A DNA stretch of 64,000 nucleotides from Spirochaetales bacterium (GCA_016936615.1 JAFGXN010000141.1:6053-70052); one strand, 5' to 3'. Positions 10,705 through 22,177 are shown, numbered from the stretch's first letter. Numbers and translations: made by a program. The notes: generated by a model not told the origin, from the letters alone.

Positions 10705-11249
10705 TGAAAAATAAAGAAGAATACGAGATAATCTTCAGGAGCAACATCGAGCACGAGCTTGAAGTTGTCGAGCAAGCTCTATTAGATCACGAAATAGAGT
10801 ACAAGATTGAGCGGCTACACGATAATCCAATATTTGGACAAAACAAAAAACTCTGGGAAAATGAAATTTGGATAAAAAAAGAAGATTTTCAGATAGCCTC
10901 AGAGTTGATCGACAAGACAACAGAAGAATTATCCAACACAAATCAGGAACCAGCAAAGATTTATCCCGACCTGAGCGACTACTACAATAAAATTTTCAAA
11001 CGCTTTGATGAAGAGACCACATACTTTAATACATCTTGGAACTGGGCAGCCTTTGTATTCTCATGGCTCTGGTACCTCTACCACAAAATGTATGTCAAAT
11101 CAGCGATAATCTTAGCCCTAGAGGTAGGACTAATTCTCTGGCTAGGCGCAAAAGGATTTATTTTTGCTTTTTTTATAATATTCTTCTGCGGACTTCACGG
11201 GAACTATCACAAGTACGAGCAATACAAGTCTACTTCCGAGAATTCCTAA
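10704..11249 (+). CDS. Membrane protein, DUF2007-like N-terminus plus DUF2628-like C-terminus
   Basis: ALLDHEIEY...EIWIKKEDFQIASELI; SWNWAAFVFSWLWYLYHKMY; TAATG coupling to the upstream gene. Confidence 0.7.
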   Translation: MKNKEEYEIIFRSNIEHELEVVEQALLDHEIEYKIERLHDNPIFGQNKKLWENEIWIKKEDFQIASELIDKTTEELSNTNQEPAKIYPDLSDYYNKIFKRFDEETTYFNTSWNWAAFVFSWLWYLYHKMYVKSAIILALEVGLILWLGAKGFIFAFFIIFFCGLHGNYHKYEQYKSTSENS

Positions 11250-12378
11250 CAACTCCTGAGATAATCTCAGCAATATTGGGAAGGCTTACAACCTTATCGA
11301 CATATCCATACTCAGTTGCCACGCGAGGCATTCCATAGACGATGCAAGACTCTTGATCCTGCGCAATAGTGTAACCACCAAGATTATAGATTGAACCAAG
11401 CTCCTTAGCTCCATCACGCCCCATTCCAGTCATAATAACGCCAAGAGAGTGGCCACCATACTCCTGTGAAACAGATTTAAAAAGCACATCAGCCGAGGGA
11501 CGATGTCCATTCACCTGCGGACTTTGATTTACCCTCACGATAGGCCCAGATCCGCTCTTCTTCACGACGATATGATGATTTCCTGGCGCAATATAGATAG
11601 AACCAGCAAGAAGAGGTTCTCCATCAACTGCTTCCCTCACTGACAATTGACAGATACTGTTCAAGCTGTCAGCAAACTCAGCAGTAAACCCCTCTGGCAT
11701 ATGCTGAACCACCACAATAGGAACAGGAAAATCTCTATCTAACGCTGCAAAGACCTTACGCAAGGCGTTTGGACCTCCAGTAGAAATTCCAATTGCAACA
11801 ATATCAATTCGTGAGAAGTTAGGTCTCTTAGAAGGAGATAGTGGTGGCGGAACATTCTCTTTTCCAATATACGAGACAACATCTTCGCTAGAATCCCGCT
11901 TAAAGAGATCATCCTCAAGATTAGCAAGGTGATTACCCATTGCTATGGAAGAAGTTACAGTAGTATCACCCTTGTAACGCCCTCCATAAACTAGTATAAG
12001 CTTCTTAAGCTCATTGCTTACCTGCTCAATATCTAAAGAGATACTGCCAGAAGGCTTGAGAACAAAATCACTAGCACCAAGAGACAAAGCCTCCATGGTG
12101 ATACTAGCCCCCTTCTTTGCAAGCGAGGATAAAATAACAACAGGAACAGTAATATTGTTTTTCCTTCTCTCTTTTAAAAATTCGATACCATTCATATCTG
12201 GCATCTCAAGATCTAAAATAACAATATCTGGTTTCAAAATAGGAATTTTATTTAATGCAAACTTTCCGTTCACAGCAGTACCAGCAACCTCCATCCTCGG
12301 GTCACTCTCAACAATCTTAGAAACTAATCTTCTCATCAATGCAGAATCATCGCAAATCAAAACTGATATTTTTTTCAT
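11230..12378 (-). CDS. cheB: Chemotaxis response regulator protein-glutamate methylesterase
   Basis: REC domain (DDSALMR, LDLEMP) plus esterase motifs GISTGGP, VQHMP, HRPSAD, MTGMGRDG. Confidence 0.96.
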   Translation of the reverse strand: MKKISVLICDDSALMRRLVSKIVESDPRMEVAGTAVNGKFALNKIPILKPDIVILDLEMPDMNGIEFLKERRKNNITVPVVILSSLAKKGASITMEALSLGASDFVLKPSGSISLDIEQVSNELKKLILVYGGRYKGDTTVTSSIAMGNHLANLEDDLFKRDSSEDVVSYIGKENVPPPLSPSKRPNFSRIDIVAIGISTGGPNALRKVFAALDRDFPVPIVVVQHMPEGFTAEFADSLNSICQLSVREAVDGEPLLAGSIYIAPGNHHIVVKKSGSGPIVRVNQSPQVNGHRPSADVLFKSVSQEYGGHSLGVIMTGMGRDGAKELGSIYNLGGYTIAQDQESCIVYGMPRVATEYGYVDKVVSLPNIAEIISGVVRNSRK

Positions 12379-12387
12379 AAACCCCAC

Positions 12388-13206
12388 CTACTCGATACTC
12401 TTGCTATAGAAGCAAGTCCAATCTGTCTTAACAAATTCGAAAGGCGTTCCAAGCCCGAACAAGGACTCAGAATGACCAATAAAAAGGAAAGAAAATGGCC
12501 TCATCGAAGCCCAAAACTTATGAATTGTATCAACCTGCGCAGCCTCATCAAAATATATCAAGACATTTCTACAAAACACAACATCAATATCGCCAACATA
12601 ACTCTCGAAAGTCAAATTATGATAATCAAACTGAACAATCTTTTTTATCTCTTCATTAACCTCGTAAACCCCGTCTTCAAAATCAAAGAACCGAGCCAAA
12701 TACTCATCAGAAATATCCTTTACCTTCGAAGCCTCATATCTCCCAGTTTTTGCTACTAGAAGCGACTTCAACGACAAATCAGAAGCTAACACCTTAATCT
12801 TAAAATCAGGCGGAAGAAGATCCTTCAAGACCATCGCTAACGAATAAGGCTCCTCGCCAGTAGAGCATCCAGCACTCCAAATACGAAAATCACGGTTCCC
12901 AATACTTTTTTTATACTCAACAAGCTTTGGGATTACATAATTTCTGAAAGCATCAAAATGTCCCTGATTCCTAAAGAACCTTGTTAAATTCGTAGTAACA
13001 GCATCTAGCAAAATCTTCAGTTCTTCATTGTTAGAGCTAATCAGCTTAAAATACTCATCAAGAGACGAAAGGCCATTTCTTCGAAGCAACTCCTTTAAGC
13101 GACTCTCAAGAATCATACGATTAGAGGTACAAAAATTTATACCACTTTTCTCATAAATATAGTCCCTGAAGCGCTTAAAATCTCTGTCATTCAAAAAATC
13201 ACTCAT
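12388..13206 (-). CDS. cheR: Chemotaxis protein-glutamate O-methyltransferase
   Basis: TTNLTRFFR, WSAGCSTGEEPYS, FCRNVLIYF, IGHSESL. Confidence 0.96.
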   Translation of the reverse strand: MSDFLNDRDFKRFRDYIYEKSGINFCTSNRMILESRLKELLRRNGLSSLDEYFKLISSNNEELKILLDAVTTNLTRFFRNQGHFDAFRNYVIPKLVEYKKSIGNRDFRIWSAGCSTGEEPYSLAMVLKDLLPPDFKIKVLASDLSLKSLLVAKTGRYEASKVKDISDEYLARFFDFEDGVYEVNEEIKKIVQFDYHNLTFESYVGDIDVVFCRNVLIYFDEAAQVDTIHKFWASMRPFSFLFIGHSESLFGLGTPFEFVKTDWTCFYSKSIE

Positions 13207-16200
13207 ATTAGATCTTCAATTTCCTCTAGAGGAATATCCTCTTTAATTTCAACATTTTTTCCAGTCCTCAAGAAAAAAAGAAAGGTTCTCACAGGCAAAC
13301 CAGTCAAGGCCTCGAGGGCACGTCGATAAATATTGAGCTGCAAAGAGTACTGGTTCAAAGGCTTAGCATCAGTCTTAAAATCAATAACTCTAATTTCGCC
13401 ATTTATCTCACAATATAAATCTATATTACCATTTATCAATAAGCAAATTTTTGAGAGATTTAACTTAAACAAAAATGGGAACTCGCTCTGAATCCGAGAT
13501 GCAGAACTTTCAACCTCTCTATATATATCGGAAGAAAGAAACATTTTTGCACTCTTTTTTGCCATTTCATTAATATCATCAAGAAATTCCGGCGGAACAA
13601 GCTGAGAGAGCTGGCGAGGAACTGAAAGTTCTTTATTTTTGATAAAATTTTCAATTGTCCCATGAACAATTGTTCCAAAGACTGAGTTAAGACCATTACT
13701 GTAGAGCAACTCGTCGAACCAGGCAGGAATTATATTCTTTGTCTCAAACTCATCGACAGATGCGCAATATTTTGGTCTGTTTTTTTTATAAAAAAGTTCA
13801 TTTAACTCGACAACAGGATATCTTCGCTTCGGGAAAATCTCTTTTACGCAATTTTCTGGAGAGTAGAAAGAAAAATCCCCATTTCGCAGCGGAGAGGAAG
13901 AGAGTAATCTAGCATCAATTATCACTTTATCAATTGATAGATCTTCTATAGACTCTAATTCTACAAAATCAGATAGCCCCTCGTATAATTCTAGAGACTC
14001 TTGACTATCAGATTCAGATTTTTCATCATAAAAGAACCTTAAAAGTGTCCCACTGTTTGGATTCTTAGAATTTCCATAACAGCCAGAAATAAACAAGTAA
14101 GTCTCAGCTCGAGTCAGCGCAACGTAGAGCAACCTTTTAAGCTCAGCACTATCCATAGCCTGCTCCTCATCCCAGTAGAGTCTACTTACAGGATTTACTC
14201 CATCATCATCCTTAACCTTAATAGCTAAATTATCTCCGAGATAAGAGAGAAAAGAGGTACTAGGAACCCTTGCACTCTTTCCTGAAAAGGCAACAAAACA
14301 AATTGGAAACTCTAAACCCTTAGATTTATGAATAGTCATAAATCTAACAGCATTTGAATCAAAGTTTGGAAGATTCAAATCAGAAACCTTCTCATAGTTA
14401 TTTAATCTCTCAAGTCCATAACTTAAAAACTCATCAAATCCTTTTGATTCTGCATCAAATTTCTGAGCCATTCTGAAAAGAACATCAAAAATCTGCCTAT
14501 AAGAGGGATCAGTCTGCCCCGACAAATAGAGAAACCGATACCCCTTCTCCATCCAAAGATAATCAAAAAAGGAGGCAATTGAGCCCTTGAGAATCTGTCC
14601 GATAACCCCTGAATAAAAAGAATATACTCTACAATCAAAATCATCTACATCCTTAAGCTGATTCTCTTTTTTATACTCTAAAAATCCTTCATAATCCAAC
14701 GACAAATAGGCAAGAATCTGACACTCAGCAAAATCCTCTCTGCTAAATTCATTATTAGAGAGCATATTCAACAGAAACTCCTTCAAATTCCCATATTTTT
14801 TAATAAAAGGATAGAACTTACCATCATCTATTTCGAGAAAAGCGGAACGAATAACACTATAGAAGGCCTTCTTCGAGTTATAATAAAGAACAGATTCAAT
14901 AACAGCTAAAAAATCCGCAGTCATATCGGAGAAGAACAATGATGTTGTAGTATCTGTGACATATGGAATACCGGCAAGATCAAAGACTTTTTCAAGCTTA
15001 TACTGCTCGGAGAGAGTCCGCATTAAGACCGCAACATCACTATAACAAGCCTTCCTTGTCGAGCCATTATCTCCTGGCAATATGTAATCACTCCCATCAA
15101 CAATCTGTTTTATCTTCCGTGCAATATATAAAGCCTCGCAATAACCCTCATCAAAAACACTCTCCTCATCCTCTTCTGATTCCTCTCGCTTAGCTTGAGG
15201 CTTTATAGCAAGCATCACCTTCTTAAATTTAGGAGAAACCTTTGCTGATCGAGATTTCATCTCAGAAAACACAGCTTCGTAATCAACCTTTGCGACAGAC
15301 TCTTTTTTTCCCTTCAATAAATCAAATATCTTTTGAGCTAGAGGAGTAGAACCCTTCTCAGCCATTACCTTTAAAAAGAGAAAATTAAAAAAATCAATCA
15401 ACTCAGGCTCAGAGCGAAAATTATTTGACAGGTTAATCTCTTTTCCACCACTACACGCAAGCTCCTCCGAAAGACTCTTAAAGACACGAACATCAGCCCC
15501 CCGGAACCGATAAATAGACTGCTTCTGATCTCCAACAAAAAACAACTTGTTTGAACAAATCTCAGCAACAGAAGGAACCCCTTCTGAATGAATCTCTGGT
15601 CTCTCCGCAAGTAGATAAAGCAACTCCTTCTGCAACTTATTATTATCCTGAAACTCATCAATCATTATAAACTTAAATTTTTTCTTGTAGTAATCCCTTA
15701 ATTCTCTATTTACTTTAAGAAGGTAAATTGCCGCAGAGGAGATATCATCAAAACTAGTCAAACCAGACGCTTTTTTTATATCAACAATCCTCTTAGACAA
15801 CTTATTTAGAGCTGAACAAAACTCCTCAATCTCTGGAGACTTGGAAAAGTAGAACAGCGCTGAATTAAGATCTAAGCAATCCGTCCTCTTTCTTTTTTTC
15901 AGCTCCAAATAAGCCTCAACCTCTTGTGAAAATGATGGGAATTCCAGAATTTGTTCAAAGAGCTGTTCTAAAGATGTAAAATTTGATCGCGAAGAAAGCC
16001 CTGCATAGACTTTGAAATTCTTTAAAATTGCTTTTTTTAAACCAACATAGGCTTTCATTGTCTCGTCTTTTGGTCTTTGATCAAACTTGATAGCGGTTAA
16101 ACCACGGATTTTCTCAACAATAGGCAAAAGCCCCTGCTCCCTGTTCAATTTTTTTAACCCCTCATAATCTGTTAATCCTGATTCAATGAGATACTCTTTG

Positions 16201-16898
16201 ATTGGCAAAAACCCAGCTTCGAACTTTTCTCGCATCTTTTTAGCCAAAATAAAATCAACTTCATCAAGAACCAACCCATCAAAGAGAAGAGATTTTGCAA
16301 AAAAACTCAAATCTAACAGAATCTCCTCAATACTCTCTCTCAGAAAATCCATCGCCTTATGAAAATCTTCGACAAAATCAGCCCCATCTGCAATTAACAT
16401 CTTCTGACTAGCAATTCTTGATACATCATTCCAAAAAACCTCGAAACCAAACCCAGAAATTGCCTCTTCGACAAGCTTTATCCTGGATTTATTAGCAAAA
16501 TCAAAGACCTCATCACGAATAATCTCATCTAATTTTTTCAAATCAGAGGAAAAAGTATCAGGCAACCCTAAGTCCTGGTTAGCATTGATAACGACTCGTC
16601 TACAAAAACTATCAATGGTAGAAATCTCAGCATTTCTGAAATTTAGCAACTCTTTAGCAACTTTAGGATTTGAAGATTTAGCAAGATCCTGCCTAATCCT
16701 CGACTTCATTTCACTTGCAGCCTTCTCTGTAAAGGTTAATGTCAAGATCTCGTCGACACCAGCAAGCCCAGAATCGATAAGATACTCATACCTCGCACTC
16801 AGAACAGTTGTCTTACCAGAACCAGCTCCAGCGCTGACCACCAAATTTTTATCTACAGTATATATTGCCTCTTTTTGTTCTTCAGTAAATTTTTTCAT
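13203..16898 (-). CDS. addA: ATP-dependent helicase/nuclease subunit A (UvrD helicase plus RecB-type nuclease)
   Basis: AGAGSGKT, TFTEKAA, DEFQD, VGDQKQSIYRFRGA, NFRS, TIHKSKGLEF, YVALTRA; C-terminal GNIDL...IDFKT...QLNIY. Confidence 0.9.
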   Translation of the reverse strand: MKKFTEEQKEAIYTVDKNLVVSAGAGSGKTTVLSARYEYLIDSGLAGVDEILTLTFTEKAASEMKSRIRQDLAKSSNPKVAKELLNFRNAEISTIDSFCRRVVINANQDLGLPDTFSSDLKKLDEIIRDEVFDFANKSRIKLVEEAISGFGFEVFWNDVSRIASQKMLIADGADFVEDFHKAMDFLRESIEEILLDLSFFAKSLLFDGLVLDEVDFILAKKMREKFEAGFLPIKEYLIESGLTDYEGLKKLNREQGLLPIVEKIRGLTAIKFDQRPKDETMKAYVGLKKAILKNFKVYAGLSSRSNFTSLEQLFEQILEFPSFSQEVEAYLELKKRKRTDCLDLNSALFYFSKSPEIEEFCSALNKLSKRIVDIKKASGLTSFDDISSAAIYLLKVNRELRDYYKKKFKFIMIDEFQDNNKLQKELLYLLAERPEIHSEGVPSVAEICSNKLFFVGDQKQSIYRFRGADVRVFKSLSEELACSGGKEINLSNNFRSEPELIDFFNFLFLKVMAEKGSTPLAQKIFDLLKGKKESVAKVDYEAVFSEMKSRSAKVSPKFKKVMLAIKPQAKREESEEDEESVFDEGYCEALYIARKIKQIVDGSDYILPGDNGSTRKACYSDVAVLMRTLSEQYKLEKVFDLAGIPYVTDTTTSLFFSDMTADFLAVIESVLYYNSKKAFYSVIRSAFLEIDDGKFYPFIKKYGNLKEFLLNMLSNNEFSREDFAECQILAYLSLDYEGFLEYKKENQLKDVDDFDCRVYSFYSGVIGQILKGSIASFFDYLWMEKGYRFLYLSGQTDPSYRQIFDVLFRMAQKFDAESKGFDEFLSYGLERLNNYEKVSDLNLPNFDSNAVRFMTIHKSKGLEFPICFVAFSGKSARVPSTSFLSYLGDNLAIKVKDDDGVNPVSRLYWDEEQAMDSAELKRLLYVALTRAETYLFISGCYGNSKNPNSGTLLRFFYDEKSESDSQESLELYEGLSDFVELESIEDLSIDKVIIDARLLSSSPLRNGDFSFYSPENCVKEIFPKRRYPVVELNELFYKKNRPKYCASVDEFETKNIIPAWFDELLYSNGLNSVFGTIVHGTIENFIKNKELSVPRQLSQLVPPEFLDDINEMAKKSAKMFLSSDIYREVESSASRIQSEFPFLFKLNLSKICLLINGNIDLYCEINGEIRVIDFKTDAKPLNQYSLQLNIYRRALEALTGLPVRTFLFFLRTGKNVEIKEDIPLEEIEDLI

Positions 16899-16900
16899 AA

Positions 16901-19567
16901 CTACTCCACCCTATAAGTTTTTCTACACACCTGAGTAAACTGACAACGATCACAAACAGCATCTTCTCGTATCCCAAAATCATTCTTCAATACTTTCTCT
17001 TTTACATAAAGGATATATCGACCAAGCAAATAATAAAGTTCTAATTTGTTTCTGTTAAAAGATGATGAGACAGTTTTTTGACCGAAACCAACCTTGTATG
17101 CATGATCCTTAAACGAATAGTAGAATCCAGCGACAACATCACACGACTTTAAATTCTCCAGAACAAGAGAGTAAAAAGGCAACTGAATCCAGGAATTCTT
17201 TTCAACACGTTGTTCATCCATTTTTGGAAAAAATGTTTTCTTAGTCAACCCATGAAAAGAACTTGTCTTATAATCATAGACAGCAGCCTTCCCATCTGAA
17301 ATCTCAACCCTGTCAATAGCCCCACGCAAGGCAACATCGACAGCAAGACAAGAGGCCTTTCCATCATCATCTAACCCACAAATAGACTCTATGCGAGTGT
17401 AAAACTTCTCCTCTGTAGAGACTTCTGGCGAACAACCAAAGACTTTTTCATGATAAGAGGCAATATCCCTAACAAAAATATTCAAATCCTCTGTAAATCT
17501 AATACGAAATGCTTTTTTTCGTATATCAGGACAAATCTTATAGCTATAATTCTCCATAACAAAGTCAACTAAGCTAGAGATATCCACCAATCCATCTTTT
17601 GACTTCTCTCTCCACTCAAAATAGAGCTCTGCAGCCTTGTGAAATAGATTACCTTCCTCGCGATAATTCACAATTTTAGAAAAAGGATACTCATCATAAC
17701 AATCTAGAACTCGCGAAAAGTAAAAAGCAAATGGACAATTATACAAATCGTTCAAGTTAGTTGCAGAAAAGAGTAATCGAGAAGAGGGATCTTCTGGATT
17801 CTCAAATAGAAAAGGTAGATCTTCTGCAACATTATCCACTATAAAAGACTCTATTGCCAAAGGAGTCGAGATCTCCAAATTTACAGAATATGTCTTTAAA
17901 ATTCTCTCGGTTAGGAAAAAATCCGAACATCCTCCCTCCCAGTAATTTTTTTCCTTAGCAATAGGCAAGATAAAGTCCCCAGTAAAATTAACATTTCCAT
18001 CCTTCGCAAACCACATAGGAACAATCATAGTTCCATTTTGAGTCTCCTGCGACATAGAAAATTCAACAGACTCTCCTGACAGAATATATGCATTAAAAAA
18101 ATCATCGGAGAAATCCTGAAATCCAAAATCTTTATCAAAATGCTTAGCTCGAACAATCTCAGGCAAGAAAGCAAGAGCATCTCTCTTAACCTCAGAACCA
18201 GATTGAGAAAATCCTACAACAAAATGGTGCAAAGGTTGCCCCCCAGCAGCAACTCTATACTTGTAGATTGCCACACCATTTCCACGCGATTGAGGAACAT
18301 AGACCTGCTGAGTCAAGGTTTCCATAAAAAATTCAAAACAATCATTAACCTTGTAATCACCAAGCTCCGATTCGATATCCCGCAACTCTCTCAGAACAAC
18401 AAGTATTCTTTCAAACGAGGGTCTCACATCTTCCTTGTCTATAAACTCAACTGAGGTAAACTCTTTCAAAAAGCTATCAACCCTCTCGAGAAGAGTCGAA
18501 AAACCCTCAGAGGCAATAATGCCTTTACAAGCCTCAAAGAAGGCTACAATATAGGGATCCGCCTTGTAGAGAAGGATTTTCTCGCCAGCAATAACACACC
18601 GCTGAGACCCATCCCGCAAAAACTCGACAAAGAGATCGCGCTGCTTTATTGGAAAGACCGGATTTGAAACAAATCCCCTGACCTGAGAAAAGAGAAAATC
18701 TCTCTTGCACACATCAGCTAGCCCCCGGAAGAAAGATGCCGCGACATATTCAGAAAGCGGCTTTCCCGTCTTAAGATTGAGCGGCACACCAAAGCCGTCT
18801 GCAAATTCTGCAAAGAATCCCAAATAATCCTCATCGCCGCAGCAAGAGACTACAATCTCAGAGGGATCTACTCCGCTGTCAAGCAACTCCCGGATCTGGC
18901 GCAAGGTGCAAGAGACCTCACCGGCGACAGAGTCATGAACTGTGAGGGAATTCAGCGCCGCAGAACCAGGTCTAGCAACAGCGAATTGAACTAGATTAGC
19001 AAACCCCTCCACTGCACGAAACTCCTCGAAATCAAGAATCAGCTCAGGAAAAAAAATAATTGCTGGTTTAAAATCATACATCTTCGCAGAATCTTCAAGA
19101 TTTGGATCAAAATAATTATTTTTTTCAAGAAAAACCAAATATCTCGCCCGAACAAACTCTACCCCTTGATAAAAGCCTGGAGACATAACTCCACCTCTCA
19201 AACTGCTAACCAAATTTATCTTTGAAAGCAAGGTAACAAGATTTGTAACAAGAATCTTTGTCGAGAAGCTATTGTTTTTTTCATAAAAATAAGGAATATA
19301 CTCATTAGATTGTCTGACATCGCAGAGCAGATCCTCTGCAAACAAACGCAAAACCAACCGGTTCACTGGTCGCCTATCTCGTTTATGAATCTGTGACAGC
19401 TCCTTAAATTTATCCCAGGAGATAAATCTTGAGCGATCAAGAACTGCCCGCTCCGTACTCAATAGAAGCTGCTCCATCACAGAACGAGCTGTAATCTCCG
19501 ACGGAAAGACAAAAAACAACTCTGAATTAATATTTTTTTCAACTATACTGAATATTTTTTCTTTCAT
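16901..19567 (-). CDS. addB: ATP-dependent nuclease subunit B (PD-(D/E)XK nuclease with Fe-S staple)
   Basis: SATNL..LYNCPF, GNLFH, RGAIDRVE, YDYKT, QLPFY, CDRCQFTQVC; directly upstream of addA. Confidence 0.85.
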   Translation of the reverse strand: MKEKIFSIVEKNINSELFFVFPSEITARSVMEQLLLSTERAVLDRSRFISWDKFKELSQIHKRDRRPVNRLVLRLFAEDLLCDVRQSNEYIPYFYEKNNSFSTKILVTNLVTLLSKINLVSSLRGGVMSPGFYQGVEFVRARYLVFLEKNNYFDPNLEDSAKMYDFKPAIIFFPELILDFEEFRAVEGFANLVQFAVARPGSAALNSLTVHDSVAGEVSCTLRQIRELLDSGVDPSEIVVSCCGDEDYLGFFAEFADGFGVPLNLKTGKPLSEYVAASFFRGLADVCKRDFLFSQVRGFVSNPVFPIKQRDLFVEFLRDGSQRCVIAGEKILLYKADPYIVAFFEACKGIIASEGFSTLLERVDSFLKEFTSVEFIDKEDVRPSFERILVVLRELRDIESELGDYKVNDCFEFFMETLTQQVYVPQSRGNGVAIYKYRVAAGGQPLHHFVVGFSQSGSEVKRDALAFLPEIVRAKHFDKDFGFQDFSDDFFNAYILSGESVEFSMSQETQNGTMIVPMWFAKDGNVNFTGDFILPIAKEKNYWEGGCSDFFLTERILKTYSVNLEISTPLAIESFIVDNVAEDLPFLFENPEDPSSRLLFSATNLNDLYNCPFAFYFSRVLDCYDEYPFSKIVNYREEGNLFHKAAELYFEWREKSKDGLVDISSLVDFVMENYSYKICPDIRKKAFRIRFTEDLNIFVRDIASYHEKVFGCSPEVSTEEKFYTRIESICGLDDDGKASCLAVDVALRGAIDRVEISDGKAAVYDYKTSSFHGLTKKTFFPKMDEQRVEKNSWIQLPFYSLVLENLKSCDVVAGFYYSFKDHAYKVGFGQKTVSSSFNRNKLELYYLLGRYILYVKEKVLKNDFGIREDAVCDRCQFTQVCRKTYRVE

Positions 19568-19630
19568 ACGCAATTATACATCAAAGAGAAGATTTTAACA
19601 GTATAAAAACAAATATTTCCTGTTAAAATG

Positions 19631-19656
19631 AAAAAGACTGCCTCTCGGCAGCCTCT
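19631..19656 (-). terminator. Intrinsic terminator after leuS
   Basis: Minus strand AGGCTGCC-GAGA-GGCAGTCT-TTTT (GNRA loop, one G-U pair). Confidence 0.8.
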
Positions 19657-19659
19657 ATC

Positions 19660-22170
19660 TTAATTTGCAACAATATTAACAATCTTGTCGGGAATAGTAA
19701 TAACCTTTCGGATAGTTGCGCCATCAGTATATTTCTTGACATTCTCGTGAGCTAAAGCTTGTGACTCTAACTCCTCTTTTGGGGTTCCAGCTGCGACCTC
19801 AAGTTTAGCCCGAAGTTTTCCATTAACCTGAACCGCGACAACAACCTCTGCATCCTTTGTCAACGACTCATCCCACGAAGGATAGGCCTGCTTCGCCACA
19901 GAAGGCTTATTCCCTGCCATCTCCCACAACTCTTCAGCTAAATGTGGTGCATATGGCGAAAGAATCAAAATGAACTTTTCCCAGGCTTCCCGAGGAAGAG
20001 CATCAAGCTTGTGCAGATGGTTGACAAAGATCATCATCTGCGAGATTCCAACATTGAAATCCAGATTATTTGTATCGTTATAGACCTTCTTAATTGTCTT
20101 ATGCAAAAGTTTCTCAGTCTCAGAATCCATCCCACCATCAACAATCGGCTTAGATGACATCTTTGCAATTTTATCGAGAAATCTGTAAACCCCAATCAAA
20201 CCCTGAGTCTGCCATGGTTTTGAGACCTGCAAAGGACCCATAAACATCTCATACATCCTCATTGAATCTGCACCAAACTCTCTGATTATATCGTCGGGAT
20301 TTATAACATTTTTCAAAGACTTCGACATCTTAGCAATCACTCGCTCAAGCTCTTCACCAGTCTCAATCTCAACAAACTTATTACCTTCAATCTCCTTAAC
20401 CATATCTACAGGAACTAGAGATTTGTTTTTTCGTTGAAATGCAAAAGAGGTAATCATTCCCTGATTTACAAGCCTCTTGAACGGCTCCTTATCTCTGACT
20501 AGACCAATATCGTAGAGCACCTTGTGCCAGAATCTAGCGTAGAGCAAGTGCAATACTGCGTGTTCAGCTCCACCCACATACAGGTCTACTGGCATCCAGT
20601 AATCTAACTTCTCCTGCGATGCAAACTCTTGCGTATTGTGCGGATCAATATATCTCAGATAATACCAGCATGAACCTGCCCACTGTGGCATAGTATTTGT
20701 CTCACGCCTAGCATGACCGCCACATTTTGGGCAAGTCGTATTCAACCATGACTCGACATTTGCAAGCGGAGACTCTCCAGTTCCCGAAGGCTTAAACTCC
20801 TCCATGTCGGGCAATGTCAGAGGCAATTCTGACTCTGGCACTGGAACAATCCCACAATCTGGGCAATGAACCAAAGGAATCGGCTCACCCCAATATCGCT
20901 GTCGACTAAAGACCCAATCTCGAAGTTTATAATTTATCGACTTTGTGCCAAGACTTTTTCCCTCAAGCCACGCAATCATCTTCGAGATTGCCTCTTCCTT
21001 GCCTAATCCATCGAGAAATTCTGAATTAACATGTGGTCCATCACCGACAAATGCCTCCTGAGAGATATCACCACCCTCAAGGACTTGAACAATATCAAGA
21101 CCAAACTTTGTTGCAAACTCCCAGTCTCGCTGATCGTGTGCAGGGACTGCCATGATTGCACCAGTTCCATAAGAAATTAAAATATAATCAGAGATCCAAA
21201 TAGGGATTTCCTTGTTATTCACAGGATTTATCGCATAAGCACCAGTAAAGACACCACTTTTCTCTTTCGAAAGCTCTGTCCTCTCCAAATCTGACTTCAT
21301 ATTAGCCTTGACAATGTAATCATCAATCGCAGCCTTCTGTCCATCTGTGGTTATCTTTGCAACAAGCGGATGTTCTGGCGCTAGAACCATGTAAGTCGCC
21401 CCGAAGAGGGTATCTGGTCTAGTTGTGTAGACCTCGATAGTCTCGCTAGACTCCTTTAATGAAAAAGTTACATTCGCACCTTCGCTCTTTCCTATCCAGT
21501 TCTTCTGCATAGCCTTGATAGAATCCGACCAATCAAGAGAATCCAAATCCTCAAGCAATTTCTCTGCATAATCAGTTATGCGAAGAATCCACTGCCTGAT
21601 ATTCTTGCGAGTAACCTGAGTTCCACATCTGTCACAAGCCCCATCTTTGACCTCTTCGTTAGCTAATCCTGTCAAACAAGAAGGGCACCAGTTGATAGGA
21701 GTCTTCGCCTCGTAAGCAAGGCCTTTTTCATACAACTTAAGAAAAATCCACTGTGTCCATTTGTAATACTCCGGAGTGTGGGTTGAAATCTCTCTGTCCC
21801 AATCATAGCAGAAGCCAAGCGCCTTAATCTGCTCACGGAATTTATCTATATTTTTTGAAGTCGTAACCTCAGGATGTGTTCCTGTCTTGATAGCATAATT
21901 CTCTGCGGGTAAGCCAAAAGAGTCGAAACCCATAGGATGCAGGACCTTATAGCCATTCATTGTCAGAAATCGACAATAGATATCAGTCGCAGTATATCCT
22001 TCAGGATGCCCAACATGCAATCCTGCCCCAGAAGGGTAAGGAAACATATCCAACACATACATTCTCTTCTCAGCCGGCACAGAAAAATCCTCAACTACCT
22101 TGAAAGTCTTATCTTTTTCCCAAAATTTCTGCCATTTCTCTTCTATTTGTTTAAAATCATATCTGTCCAT
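19660..22170 (-). CDS. leuS: Leucine--tRNA ligase
   Basis: [14 protein letters not shown] (HIGH), [20 protein letters not shown], editing domain TTRPDT. Confidence 0.98.
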   Translation of the reverse strand: MDRYDFKQIEEKWQKFWEKDKTFKVVEDFSVPAEKRMYVLDMFPYPSGAGLHVGHPEGYTATDIYCRFLTMNGYKVLHPMGFDSFGLPAENYAIKTGTHPEVTTSKNIDKFREQIKALGFCYDWDREISTHTPEYYKWTQWIFLKLYEKGLAYEAKTPINWCPSCLTGLANEEVKDGACDRCGTQVTRKNIRQWILRITDYAEKLLEDLDSLDWSDSIKAMQKNWIGKSEGANVTFSLKESSETIEVYTTRPDTLFGATYMVLAPEHPLVAKITTDGQKAAIDDYIVKANMKSDLERTELSKEKSGVFTGAYAINPVNNKEIPIWISDYILISYGTGAIMAVPAHDQRDWEFATKFGLDIVQVLEGGDISQEAFVGDGPHVNSEFLDGLGKEEAISKMIAWLEGKSLGTKSINYKLRDWVFSRQRYWGEPIPLVHCPDCGIVPVPESELPLTLPDMEEFKPSGTGESPLANVESWLNTTCPKCGGHARRETNTMPQWAGSCWYYLRYIDPHNTQEFASQEKLDYWMPVDLYVGGAEHAVLHLLYARFWHKVLYDIGLVRDKEPFKRLVNQGMITSFAFQRKNKSLVPVDMVKEIEGNKFVEIETGEELERVIAKMSKSLKNVINPDDIIREFGADSMRMYEMFMGPLQVSKPWQTQGLIGVYRFLDKIAKMSSKPIVDGGMDSETEKLLHKTIKKVYNDTNNLDFNVGISQMMIFVNHLHKLDALPREAWEKFILILSPYAPHLAEELWEMAGNKPSVAKQAYPSWDESLTKDAEVVVAVQVNGKLRAKLEVAAGTPKEELESQALAHENVKKYTDGATIRKVITIPDKIVNIVAN

Positions 22171-22177
22171 AAATTAC

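Noticed and set aside
13203-19567. Anti-phage helicase-nuclease defence system or Cas4 locus
   Set aside because: Size, motif order and pairing match housekeeping AddAB; no cas genes or repeat-spacer array seen
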